A stretch of 64,000 nt of DNA from an uncultured bacterium (GTDB lineage: Bacteria; Chloroflexota; UBA5177; JANWHV01): contig CAVSOU010000017.1 of the NCBI GenBank assembly GCA_963729625.1, forward strand, positions 224,001-288,000, written 5' to 3'. Numbering within the stretch: the first letter of the stretch is position 1; each line of letters opens with the position of its first letter. Positions 30,224 to 40,419 of the stretch are shown here, piece after piece. A program made the position numbers and the translations under genes. The notes beneath the pieces were generated by a model. That model worked only from the letters and a program-made list of their open reading frames with translations. It was not told where the DNA came from and searched no databases.

Positions 30224-30566
30224 AACGTCCAATCAAAAGACTGCAGCAGAGGTGAAGCACCCTCTCCAGGCACAACAACGAGCAGGGGCCTCTTGGGCCG
30301 GCGATACGCTGCCGGCCTGCGATGCCACAGTAACCTTAACCCCCGGGTGCTCGTCGCTACAAGCATGTCGAGACGTTGCGGAACGGCGCCCTGCAACCAC
30401 GGGTTGTACGAAGACGTTGCGTTCATGGCGGCTGGTGCTGCCCATGCGGGCTGGCCGTTTCCGCGCCGACCGTTCGTGGCCTGGCGGCCGGTCAGACGTC
30501 GCGACAAGCCGAACAGGGACGAATGGCACTCTCGCCTGACAAGCACACGATGTACCATGGACTGAC

Positions 30567-30788
30567 ATGCCAAGAAAGAAGCGCCAAATTCGCAGCGACT
30601 ACCGGGCAGCTGGCTTCATCGAACGACGGGGAAAGGGCGACCATACCGTGTTCTCCTATCCTGGACTGCCCAAGCATTTCGCAGTGGATGGCTCGGACGG
30701 TGCGGACGCCAAGCCGTATGATGAGCGAGATCTGCGTGCGGCCCTGCGAGCACGTGCTGAAGTAATCGCACGGAGGAATCAGGAATGA
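30567..30788 (+). CDS. hicA: HicA-family toxin (mRNA interferase)
   Basis: Small basic protein with GF..RRGKGDH; possibly leaderless (TACCAT 8 nt upstream). Confidence 0.8.
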   Translation: MPRKKRQIRSDYRAAGFIERRGKGDHTVFSYPGLPKHFAVDGSDGADAKPYDERDLRAALRARAEVIARRNQE

Positions 30789-31012
30789 ACGTGGAGTCAC
30801 GCTATTCGATCCTGATCGAATGGAGTTCGGAGGATCAAGCGTTCGTGGTGATCCTCCCCGAATGGGCTGACCGCTATCAGATGCCGGTGGCCGATGGGGC
30901 GACGTACGAAGAAGCACTGGCTCGCGGTCGGAATGCCCTGGAGAACTACATACAGTTTGCTCTTGAGGACAACATCCCTCTGCCCTCACCGCGCGAATTC
31001 GTCGCAGCCTAA
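30785..31012 (+). CDS. hicB: HicB-family antitoxin (short, no DNA-binding domain)
   Basis: YSILIEWSSEDQAFVVILPE...GATYEEAL...LP.P; ATGA overlap with hicA. Confidence 0.88.
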   Translation: MNVESRYSILIEWSSEDQAFVVILPEWADRYQMPVADGATYEEALARGRNALENYIQFALEDNIPLPSPREFVAA

Positions 31013-31040
31013 TCCGCGGCCCGCCCGGCCATTGCCAAAT

Positions 31041-31154
31041 CGCCAGGGCGCACGCACTCCCTTACGTGCCACTGCCGGAATCGCCGACAGTGTCGGCGCA
31101 CAGGCAACTCGCGCCGATCGTTGGCGCCACGACAGATATCGCAACGCCCTGGCG
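31041..31154. other. Candidate multibranch RNA/DNA structure between hicB and drmD
   Basis: 10-bp outer stem CGCCAGGGCG/CGCCCTGGCG enclosing three hairpins. Confidence 0.3.
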
Positions 31155-31322
31155 CGAAGGCTCCATCGGTCCATGCACGTACCCGCCCAGCCACCCTGGC
31201 GGGGCCGTCTCCAACGGGCTACAATGGGCAGGGCCGCCAAGGTTGACGACGCTGTCTCGCCCGCCACGTCCTACGCACCAGTTTGTCGCAGGCAGCGTTG
31301 TGCCTGAGTTGCGTGGCCAGGT

Positions 31323-34300
31323 GTGAAAGGACACTGTGTGGCCCTCGCAACCGTGCCCGCGCCGGGCCAGCTGGTCGATGTTCGCCAGCGGCGCTTCGTC
31401 GTCACCGACGTCTCGGCGTCGCCACTCGGACGAAGCCGCGATGCGCATCCCGGTCACGATCTGCAGCACGTCGTCTCCCTCTCGTCCATCGAAGACGACG
31501 CGCAGGGCTCCGAACAGCTTCGCGTGATCTGGGAGATCGAGCCCGGCGTCCACGTGCGTGAGACAGCCGAATTGCCCTCGCCCGAGCACGGCTTCGACGA
31601 TCCAAGCCGGCTCGACGCCTTCCTCGACGCCGTACGCTGGGGCGCCATCGCCTCTGTAGACACGTCAACCCTGCAGGCGCCGTTCCGCAGCGGCATCGAG
31701 ATCGAGGACTACCAGCTCGATCCGGTTGTGCGGGCCATCGGCATGCCGCGCGTCAATCTGCTGATCGCCGACGACGTGGGTCTGGGCAAGACGATCGAGG
31801 CCGGCCTGGTGGCGCACGAGCTGCTCCTGCGCTACCGTGCCCGCTCGATCATGGTTGTATGCCCGTCTGCCATCCAGATCCAGTGGCGCGACCAGATGCT
31901 GGCCAAGTTCGGTCTGGAGTTTCGCATCGTCGACAGCGAGCTGATGGCTCACCTGCGCCGCACGCGTGGCCTACATGTGAATCCCTGGCAGCATTTCCCT
32001 CGCCTGATCACCTCCATCGACTACCTGAAGCGCGAGCGCCCCAGGCGCATGCTGCGTGAGGTTCTCGGCGTGGAGGTGACGTACCCGCGCAAGATCGATC
32101 TGCTAATCGTCGACGAGGCGCACAACGTCGCTCCTTCAGGCAGAGGTAAGTACGCCACCGACTCTTTGCGCACTCAGGTCATCCGCACGCTGGCGCCACA
32201 TTGCGAGCACAAGCTGTTTCTCACTGCCACGCCGCACAACGGCTATTCGGAGAGCTTTCAAGCCCTGCTGGAGCTGCTCGACGATCAGCGGTTCACACGC
32301 GGCGCCGCGCCCGACCGCAACCAGTTGCGCGCCGTGATGATCCGTCGCCTCAAGTCGGAGCTGCCGCCTGACAAAGTGACGGGCCTCAGCCGCTTCCCCA
32401 AGCGTGACGTCCTGCCGCTTCATGTGGCTTACACCGCCGACGAGCGACAAGCACATGAGTGGCTGCAGGAATACTCACGACTTCGCCTTTCCAGCCCCCA
32501 GGACGGCGGTGAGCGGTTCGCCACCGAGTTTACGTTGAAGATGCTGAAGAAACGCTTGTTCTCTTCACGCGAGGCGTTCGCCATCACTCTGGAGCGTCAC
32601 CGTGAGTCCTTGAATTCCGCGCGTCGCAGTACGGCGCACCTGGAGCGACCAAGCATCGGCCTCCTCCGCCGCCAGATCGAGGACGGCGAGGAAGAGTACG
32701 AGAATGACGAGCGGTACGAGGAGGCAGCGCACGATACGCTGGAAGCGGCGACGCTGCTGTTCCGACCGTGCAGCGCACGGGAGCGGGACCTGCTCGATCG
32801 ACTGAGCACCTGGGCGCAGCGCGCGCGCGGCAAGCCCGACAGCAAGGCCGACACGCTGATCGCCTGGCTCACCAGGACGCTTCGCAACGGCTCGGGCCAG
32901 TGGAACGACGAGCGCGCCATCATCTTCACCGAATACCGCGACACGCAGCGATGGCTGCTGGAACTCCTTTCGGCCGCCGGATTCACGCGCCGAGAGCCCA
33001 CAGTCGCGTCGTCGCGCGACGTGGCTCGCTCCGCTGGGACCGGCGGTGGCCGCCTGCTGACCCTCTACGGCGGCATGGATTCACGCGAGCGGGAGGCAAT
33101 CAAGGCCGCCTTCCAGGCGCATCCGGCAGACGCGCCCGTGCGCATCCTTCTGGCTACGGACGCTGCCTCTGAGGGCATCGATCTGCAGAACCACTGCTCA
33201 CGGCTCATTCACTACGAGATTCCCTGGAATCCCAACCGCATGGAGCAGCGGAACGGCCGCATCGACAGGCACGGCCAGCGAGCGAGGCAGGTGCAGGTCT
33301 TCCATTTCGTGGGCGAGGGCTACGCGCGCCAAGCTCCGGCCTTTGGCGGTGGCGCCGGCACACTCGACGGCGATCTCGAGTTTCTCTGGCGAGCTACCCA
33401 GAAGGTCGAGCAGATTCGCGAGGACCTGGGCAGCGTGGGGCTGGTGATCGCTACGCAGGTGGAAGAGGCCATGCTGGGGCGGCCGGCCAGTCTGGACACC
33501 AGTCTGACCGAGCGCCGAACGGAGCCACAGAAGCAGCTGCTCAAACAGGAGATCGATGCCGGCCGGCGTATCGACGAGTTGCACCGGCGGCTGCTGCAGA
33601 GCATGGAAGATCTCGACCTCTCGCCGGAGAACGTGCAGAGGGTCGTGGAGGCAGGTCTGGAGCTTGCCGATCAACCGGCGCTTATTCCCACGCGCGTGTC
33701 GGCGCCGGATCAGCCAACCATCGCCGCGTTTCATTTGCCCGCATTCTCAGGCAGCTGGGCACGCTGCAGCGAGGGACTGCCGCATCCGCACACCGGCGTG
33801 CTGAGGCCGATCGTCTTTGACCACCACGTGGCTGCCGGGCGTGACGACGTGGTGCTCGCGCACCTGAACCATCCGCTGGTGGCGCGCTGCCTGCGCTTGC
33901 TGCGAGCCGAGGTGTGGTCGCCGGCAGGGCATGGCAAGCTGGCGCGCGTGACTGCCCGATACGTGCCGGCCACAGCGTCGCCGGATGTCGCGGCGATTGC
34001 GCACGCCCGGCTGGTGCTGCTGGGCAGTGACAACGCACGATTGCACGAGGAAGTGATCGCGGCCGGCGGCGTGCTGCGTGGCGGGCGGTTCGCTCGCTTC
34101 GGCAGCGTGGGCGAGCTGAAGAGCGTGCTGGCCGCGGCAAGCGGGCGCGCGGTGCCGGAATGGGAACGGCAACGACTGGCAGCGCTCTACCAATCGCATA
34201 GCGCGGCGCTGCTGCAGGCACTGGAGGCCCGCCAGAAGCAGCTGATCGACGGCATGAGGCTGACCCTGAGCCAGCGGCTGGAACGCGAGCTGCGTGACAT

Positions 34301-34556
34301 CGCCCAGGTGCTGGGCGAGCTGGAGGCGACCATCCGCCGCGCTCTGAAGGACGCGACGCCAGCACAGCTCGAGTTGTTCAGTCGCGACGAGCGCGTGCAA
34401 TTCGAGCGGAACCGGGAGGCCCTGGAGTACCGGCTAGCGCGCATCCCCGCCGAGATCCAGCGCGAGCAGGATCTGATCCGGGCGCGTTTCGCCGATCCTC
34501 AGCCACGGCTATTTCCGGTCAGCATCACCTACCTGGTACCGGAGCATCGCCGATGA
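31323..34556 (+). CDS. drmD: DISARM SNF2-family helicase
   Basis: PGQLVDVRQR, LLIADDVGLGKT, DEAH, TATP, ATDAASEGIDL, EQRNGRIDR; C-terminal coiled coil. Confidence 0.93.
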   Translation: MKGHCVALATVPAPGQLVDVRQRRFVVTDVSASPLGRSRDAHPGHDLQHVVSLSSIEDDAQGSEQLRVIWEIEPGVHVRETAELPSPEHGFDDPSRLDAFLDAVRWGAIASVDTSTLQAPFRSGIEIEDYQLDPVVRAIGMPRVNLLIADDVGLGKTIEAGLVAHELLLRYRARSIMVVCPSAIQIQWRDQMLAKFGLEFRIVDSELMAHLRRTRGLHVNPWQHFPRLITSIDYLKRERPRRMLREVLGVEVTYPRKIDLLIVDEAHNVAPSGRGKYATDSLRTQVIRTLAPHCEHKLFLTATPHNGYSESFQALLELLDDQRFTRGAAPDRNQLRAVMIRRLKSELPPDKVTGLSRFPKRDVLPLHVAYTADERQAHEWLQEYSRLRLSSPQDGGERFATEFTLKMLKKRLFSSREAFAITLERHRESLNSARRSTAHLERPSIGLLRRQIEDGEEEYENDERYEEAAHDTLEAATLLFRPCSARERDLLDRLSTWAQRARGKPDSKADTLIAWLTRTLRNGSGQWNDERAIIFTEYRDTQRWLLELLSAAGFTRREPTVASSRDVARSAGTGGGRLLTLYGGMDSREREAIKAAFQAHPADAPVRILLATDAASEGIDLQNHCSRLIHYEIPWNPNRMEQRNGRIDRHGQRARQVQVFHFVGEGYARQAPAFGGGAGTLDGDLEFLWRATQKVEQIREDLGSVGLVIATQVEEAMLGRPASLDTSLTERRTEPQKQLLKQEIDAGRRIDELHRRLLQSMEDLDLSPENVQRVVEAGLELADQPALIPTRVSAPDQPTIAAFHLPAFSGSWARCSEGLPHPHTGVLRPIVFDHHVAAGRDDVVLAHLNHPLVARCLRLLRAEVWSPAGHGKLARVTARYVPATASPDVAAIAHARLVLLGSDNARLHEEVIAAGGVLRGGRFARFGSVGELKSVLAAASGRAVPEWERQRLAALYQSHSAALLQALEARQKQLIDGMRLTLSQRLERELRDIAQVLGELEATIRRALKDATPAQLELFSRDERVQFERNREALEYRLARIPAEIQREQDLIRARFADPQPRLFPVSITYLVPEHRR

Positions 34557-37500
34557 GCGGTACGCGGCAGCATGCCGAATGGCTGCAATTGATCGAGATA
34601 TCCGGACCGTTCCTGTCCATGCCGGTGCTGGAGCGGGTTTTTCCGCAGGGTCTGCCCGTACCGGCTGACGAGCCGGACATTGCGCGCAGCCTGCGACTGG
34701 CCTATGCGGAATGGCAGGCCGCGCAGGAGGGCCGGCAGCCAGACCCGGCGATACACCAGGCGTGGCTCCGCTACGTGCTGCGAAACGGATTAGGGCTTGC
34801 CGCGGTGCCTGAGCTGGTGCTGGAAGGGCAGACCGTGCCGCCCGGGCTGCACGCTCTGGTGCCCGAGCAACATGAGACCCTGCGGCCCGACCTGGTGCTG
34901 GTCGATCCGCCCACGCGCGGCGGCAAGCCGCGGCTGCTCGTCGCCGTCCTGCCGCCGGATCAGGCACTCGAAAAGCCGATCCCCGGCCGAGCCTGGAAGG
35001 CCACACCTGCCGAGCGCATGATGGTGTTGCTGCATGGCTGCGGCGTGCGATTGGGTCTGGTGACAAACGGCGAGGCCTGGATGCTGGTGGATGCGCCTGC
35101 CGGCGAGACCACCGGCTACATCACCTGGGCTGCCCAGCTCTGGCTGGACGAGCGGTCCACGCTGCGGGCCTTTCGGGCCCTGCTCGGACGCGAGCGATTC
35201 TTCCAGGCTGCGGATAGCGATACGCTGGAGGCGCTGCTGCACGAAAGTGCCGGCGCGCAGCAAGAGGTCACCACCCAGCTGGGCTGGCAGGTGCGCCGGG
35301 CCGTCGCGGTCCTGGTGCAGGCGCTGGACCGCGCCGACAAAGACGGGCAGCGGGCCCTGCTGGCCGATGTCGACGAGGCTGAACTCTACCAGGCCGCGGT
35401 GACGGTGATGATGCGGCTGGTCCTCCTCCTCTCGGCGGAGGAGCGCGACCTGCTCTTGCTGGGTGATCCACTCTACGACGAGGCCTATGCCGCTTCAACC
35501 CTGCGAGCACAGCTGCGGGAAGCGGCGGACCGCGATGGCGAGGACGTGTTGGATCTGCGCTATGACGCCTGGAGCCGGCTGCTGGCCACCTTCCGCGCCA
35601 TCCACTGCGGCATCACCTATCCGGACCTGCGCCTGAGCGCGCACGGCGGATCGCTGTTCGACCCCGATCGCTTCCCCTTCCTGGAGGGGCGTGAGCGGGA
35701 CAGCTCGTGGCGCGAGACGCCCGCGAAGCCCGTGCCGGTCAGCAACCGTACGGTCCTGCACCTGCTGGAAGCGCTGCAGCAATTGGAAATGAAGGTGAGC
35801 GGCGGCAGGGAGACGCGCTTGCTTTCCTTCCGGGCCCTGGACGTCGAGCAGATCGGCCACGTCTACGAGGGCCTGCTCGATCACAGGGCTCGACGCGCCG
35901 AAGAACCGATGCTCGGCCTGATCGGCGCCGGCGAGCCGGATGTGGCGCTGAGCAAGCTGGAGGAGCTGGCCGGCAAGGGTATCGACGCACTCGTCGCCTA
36001 CCTGAAGGAGGTAACGGCCAAGTCCGAGAATGCCCTGCGTAAACTGATCGACGCGCAGGCTACAGGAACGTCATCCCCGGCGACGAGCCAGCGCCTGCTC
36101 GCGGCGTGCGATAGCGATGCCGGCTTGCGAGACCGGGTCGCTCCATTCGCCGGCCTGCTGCGCGAGGATACGAACGGCTACCCGATGGCGATCGCGGCGG
36201 GCAGCTTCTACGTGACAAAAGGCGTCGACCGCCGGACCAGCGGCGCCCATTACACGCCGCGCAGCCTGACCGAGCCAATCGTGCAGTACACGTTGGAGCC
36301 CCTTGTCTACGATGGGCCGGTCGAAGGCAAGCCGAGAGAAAAGTGGGTGCTGAAGCCTGCCGGCGACTTGCTGGGCCTCAAGATCTGCGACATGGCCATG
36401 GGCAGCGGCGCCTTCCTGGTGCAGGCCTGCCGGTACCTGGCTGACCGCTTTTGGAAGCGTGGCAGCAGCGCGAGGCGGAGAATCCCGGCCGTGTGGTGAT
36501 CACGCCGGAGGGCGAGCTTTCCGAAGGGGATTCGTCCGAGCGGCTGATGCCGCGCGAAGCGAGCGAGCGGCTAACCATCGCGCGACGGCTGGTAGCCGAC
36601 CGCTGCCTCTACGGCGTGGACAAGAACCCGATGGCTGTAGAAATGGCCAAGCTCTCGCTGTGGCTGATCACCATGCAGAAGGACCGGCCTTTCACCTTCC
36701 TGGACCACGCACTGCGCTGGGGCGACTCGTTGCTCGGCGTGGACGTGCGGCAGCTCAAGGCCTGGAACATGCGGCGCGACGGGACGGGCACGCCGACCTT
36801 CTGGCACCGTTCGGTGGAGGTGGCACTGGAGCGGGCGCTGAAGAAGCGCCGCCAGATCGCCCAGCTCGAAGACCTGGACGCCGCCGTACTAGATAGGAAG
36901 ACGTCGCTACTGAAGGAAGCGGAAGAGGCCATGGCCCTGGTCAAGCTGGGCGCCGACCTCCTGCTGGCCAGCGCAGTGGCGGGCGAAGCCGACGACGAGG
37001 CGACGATGACTACTCGCTTGACGCGCTATGCCATGGCCCTGGTGGGTGCCGAAGAGCATGAAGCGCAGCCGTACACAAAGCAGGGGCTGAAGGGCCCGCG
37101 CGAGATCGCCGGCGAGCTGCAAGACGAGGCCGGCCGCCTGCTGAACCTGTTCGAACATCCCGATCGCCGGCCCTTCCACTGGCCGCTGGAGTTCCCCGAG
37201 GTGTTCCTGGACCTGGCGGCACCGGAGGAGCCGCTGGGTTTCGACGCGGTGATCGGCAATCCGCCGTTCCAGGGTGGGCAGAAGATCACCGGGGCCCTCG
37301 GCACGGACTACCGCGACTACCTCGTCGAGTGTCTGGCTGGCGGAAAGCGCGGCAGCGCCGACCTCTGTGCGTATTTCTTCCTGCGCGGCTATTCGCTGCT
37401 CGGTCCGAGAGCGGATCTCAGCCTGCTGGCCACGAACACCATTGCCCAGGGCGACACGCGCGAGGTCGGGCTGGACCAACTTCTGGCAGTCGGCGCCGTC

Positions 37501-38730
37501 ATTCCGCGCGCCGTGCCCAGCCGGAAGTGGCCGGGCGAGGCCAACCTGGAGATCGCGGAGGTCTGGCTGCGGCGCGGCTGCTGGCTAGGCGGGCACGCCC
37601 TGGACGAGCGGCCTGTCTCCGGCATTACTGCGGCGCTCACACCGCTGGGAACCGTGTCAGGACAGCCCTACCGGCTGGCCGCCAACGCCGGGAAGTCGTT
37701 CATTGGCTCTTACGTGCTGGGGATGGGCTTCGTTCTGGAGCCGGAGGAAGTGGCGGCGCTGCTTAAAAAGGACCCGCGAAACCGCGATGTGCTGTTCCCA
37801 TATCTCAATGGTGAGGATCTCAACTCCCGGCCGGACCAATCGCCTAGCCGCTGGGTGATCAACTTCCACGACTGGCCCCTCGAGCGTGCTGAGGCCTATC
37901 CCGACTGTGTCGCCATCTTGCGTGAACGCGCCAAACCGGAGCGGGACAGGCTGGCGACAGGGGACTCGACTGCCCGTGACCGGGCGCGAAGATGGTGGCA
38001 ATTCGCACGACCAAGTTTGAATCTGTACGGCACCATCGCCGGGATGGCGCGGGTGATGGTGGCTGCCCGTGTTAGCAAGTTCCTCTCATTCTCTCTATTG
38101 CAAGCGCACGTTGTGAGCAGCGAAGGAACTGTCATTATTGCAAGCCCAGACTGGTCTGTGTTTGCCTCGCTCCAGTCCACGATTGATCAAGATTGGGTGG
38201 CTGCCCACCAGTCCAGCCTTGAGACGCGAGGACGCTACACGCCCTCAGATTGCTTCGAGACATTGCCGTTGCCCCCCGACTGCGCTCCGCTCGATCAGTT
38301 CGGCGAGCGCTACTATGTCTATCGTCAGTCGCTCATGTTGGCGCGCCAGGAAGGTCTGACCACGACCTACAACCGATTCCATGATTCCCATGAGCGCGCC
38401 GAGGACATCGGCGAGCTGCGACGCCTGCATGTGGAGATGGACCAGGCCGTCGCCGGTGCATACGGCTGGAGCGATCTCGACCTCGGCCATGGCTTCCACC
38501 AGACCAAGCAGGATCTGCGCTACACAATCAGCGAGGCGGCACGCCGCGAAGTGCTGGACCGGTTGCTGGCGCTCAACCACGTGCGGTACGCGGAGGAGGT
38601 GCGGCAGGGGCTGCACGACAAAGGGGCGAAGAAAGCGAGTCAACGGTCTTCGGCGAGAACGCGGAGGATAACCACACCGGGCATGCTCGCGCTCACAAGT
38701 ACCGAGGATAAGCAGCATGAGATTGGTTGA
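34553..38730 (+). CDS. drmMI: DISARM adenine DNA methyltransferase, split by a 1-nt frameshift at ~36450
   Basis: Fragment 34553-36499 has HAEWL..I..SGPF, SGAHYTP and motif I CDMAMGSGAF; fragment 36451-38730 has YGVDKN, FHWPLEFPEV and motif IV NPPF; one extra base at GACCGCTTTTGGAA restores a single ORF. Confidence 0.9.
38527..38637 (+). repeat. 111-bp direct repeat, copy 1 (3' end of drmMI)
   Basis: Ungapped match to 41359-41469 with 9 mismatches by manual count. Confidence 0.92.
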
Positions 38731-38768
38731 AGGTGCCAGGTTCGTAGAGCCTACCGGCAGGCTTCGAA

Positions 38769-40301
38769 ATGTATAGAGACTTGATAGCGCGCGGATACTT
38801 TCCTCGAGAACTACCGCCGCCGTTCCGTACAGACACCCTTGCGGATGCGATCTGCGCAAACGACCAATGGGTCACCAACTGTCGGAAGCACGCTGAACTG
38901 TGCACACACAGTCAGGCGCGGCATGGAGCACTACGGCGAAAGCTTGGGATACCCAACCCCCTCTTCTTCTGCAGACTCTGCAAGTGTGTGGCTGATTCCT
39001 GGGCGGACCTGGAAGCTCACATTAAACTCTCGCCGTACTCCTCGAGCCAGCCTTCGCATACGCCAGCCGGGGCCAGAGCTGTGTCGCTTAACGTCGATTT
39101 CGAGTTGTTGCCTCCCAGGCGGGCCCGTAACCGAGCTGTTGGTAGGTACCTTGTCCTGGCTGACGTCTCGCTATTCTATCACTCGATCTACACGCATACC
39201 ATCCCGTGGGCACTCCACACGAAAGAACGCGCCAAGACTAATCGATGGGATACCAATCTTGTCGGGAATTGCATCGACAAGGCTGTGCAGAACAGCCAGG
39301 ACAGGCAAACGCTAGGCATTCCAATTGGTCCCGACACGTCGCTTGTCATCGCCGAGGTCATTCTGAGTGCCGTGGACCAGAAGCTAGCGGGTCTGCTGCG
39401 TGCTCAATGCCCTTCGTGCCGCGTCTTGAGATACAGCGACGACTTCGAGATGAGCACGAGAACCCTGTCCGATGCCGAAGTCGCGCTTCAGTGTCTCCAG
39501 CAGACTCTGGGAGACTTCGAGCTACGAGTCAACCCGGCAAAGACCAGGATTGTGCAGAGCCCGCATCCCTTCGACGCACCGTGGGTGCTGGACCTTACTA
39601 ACTATCACTTCCGCAAGGCTCAGACCATTCAGGCCAAGGATCTGGTCAGGTATTTCGATAAGGCATTCCAGCTGTCGGCTGCATTTCCCAATGACGCGGT
39701 GCTGACATATGCGGTCCGGCGAATGAGAGGTACCAGAGTCCTGGAAGCGAATTGGCCGCTCTATCAGAATCTTCTGCTACACGCGGTGTCGCTGGACGGT
39801 GGCTTGCTTCAGGATGTCCTATACATCCTGCGTCCTGGTCTCTCAGGGCGTGAGCCTGACCTTAACTCTCTTGGAGAACTCGTTAACTTCCAGATTCAGC
39901 GTCATGCCCCCCTCGGCCAGCACAGTGAAGTCGCATGGGCGATATGGGCCGCGCTTGTGTTCAAAGTCCCTCTCGAAGAAAAATCGGCTGTTGACATCTC
40001 GACTGTTGAGGATTCAGTAGTCGCACTCCTAGCCCTCGACGCCAAGAGCCAGGGACTTGTTCCGACAGGCCTGGACACCTCCCGTTGGGAGGCGTACCAA
40101 ACGACTGATGAGTTGTACGGCGAGCAGTGGCTCCTTTCCTATCAGGCCGACGCGTTGGGCTTGGGATCGGATAATCACGTTCAACAAGATCCTCAGTTCA
40201 AATATCTCAGGGACAATAGAGTCAACGTTTACGACAAGGCAGTGCCGCTAACAATCCCAAGCCCCAGCGCGCCAAGATTGTCTGGAGTCACCTTTGTTTG
40301 A
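38769..40301 (+). CDS. Reverse transcriptase of the UG/Abi (defence-associated, DRT-like) class with helical C-terminal domain
   Basis: GYFPRELPPPF N-terminus, ADVSLFYHSIYTH..PWA, GIPIGPDTS, RYSDD, VNPAKT; no maturase/HNH domain and no retron VTG/NAxxH motifs. Confidence 0.9.
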   Translation: MYRDLIARGYFPRELPPPFRTDTLADAICANDQWVTNCRKHAELCTHSQARHGALRRKLGIPNPLFFCRLCKCVADSWADLEAHIKLSPYSSSQPSHTPAGARAVSLNVDFELLPPRRARNRAVGRYLVLADVSLFYHSIYTHTIPWALHTKERAKTNRWDTNLVGNCIDKAVQNSQDRQTLGIPIGPDTSLVIAEVILSAVDQKLAGLLRAQCPSCRVLRYSDDFEMSTRTLSDAEVALQCLQQTLGDFELRVNPAKTRIVQSPHPFDAPWVLDLTNYHFRKAQTIQAKDLVRYFDKAFQLSAAFPNDAVLTYAVRRMRGTRVLEANWPLYQNLLLHAVSLDGGLLQDVLYILRPGLSGREPDLNSLGELVNFQIQRHAPLGQHSEVAWAIWAALVFKVPLEEKSAVDISTVEDSVVALLALDAKSQGLVPTGLDTSRWEAYQTTDELYGEQWLLSYQADALGLGSDNHVQQDPQFKYLRDNRVNVYDKAVPLTIPSPSAPRLSGVTFV

Positions 40302-40419
40302 TCGGCCCTCGAACCGGGTCAGTATTGACATGCACGCGGACCGAGATAGGCGGGAAAGCAGCGACTAGCCGCCGCGTTGGTGAAGGCAATCGGCACGCGC
40401 GGTACGACAAGGAGTTCTA

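Noticed and set aside
38731-38768. Retron msr/msd or DRT ncRNA upstream of the RT
   Set aside because: Only 38 nt of intergenic space, no a1/a2 inverted repeats seen, and the RT lacks retron-specific motifs.
38769-40301. Group II intron
   Set aside because: No maturase or endonuclease domain, no room for intron RNA, and no domain V-like sequence seen downstream.
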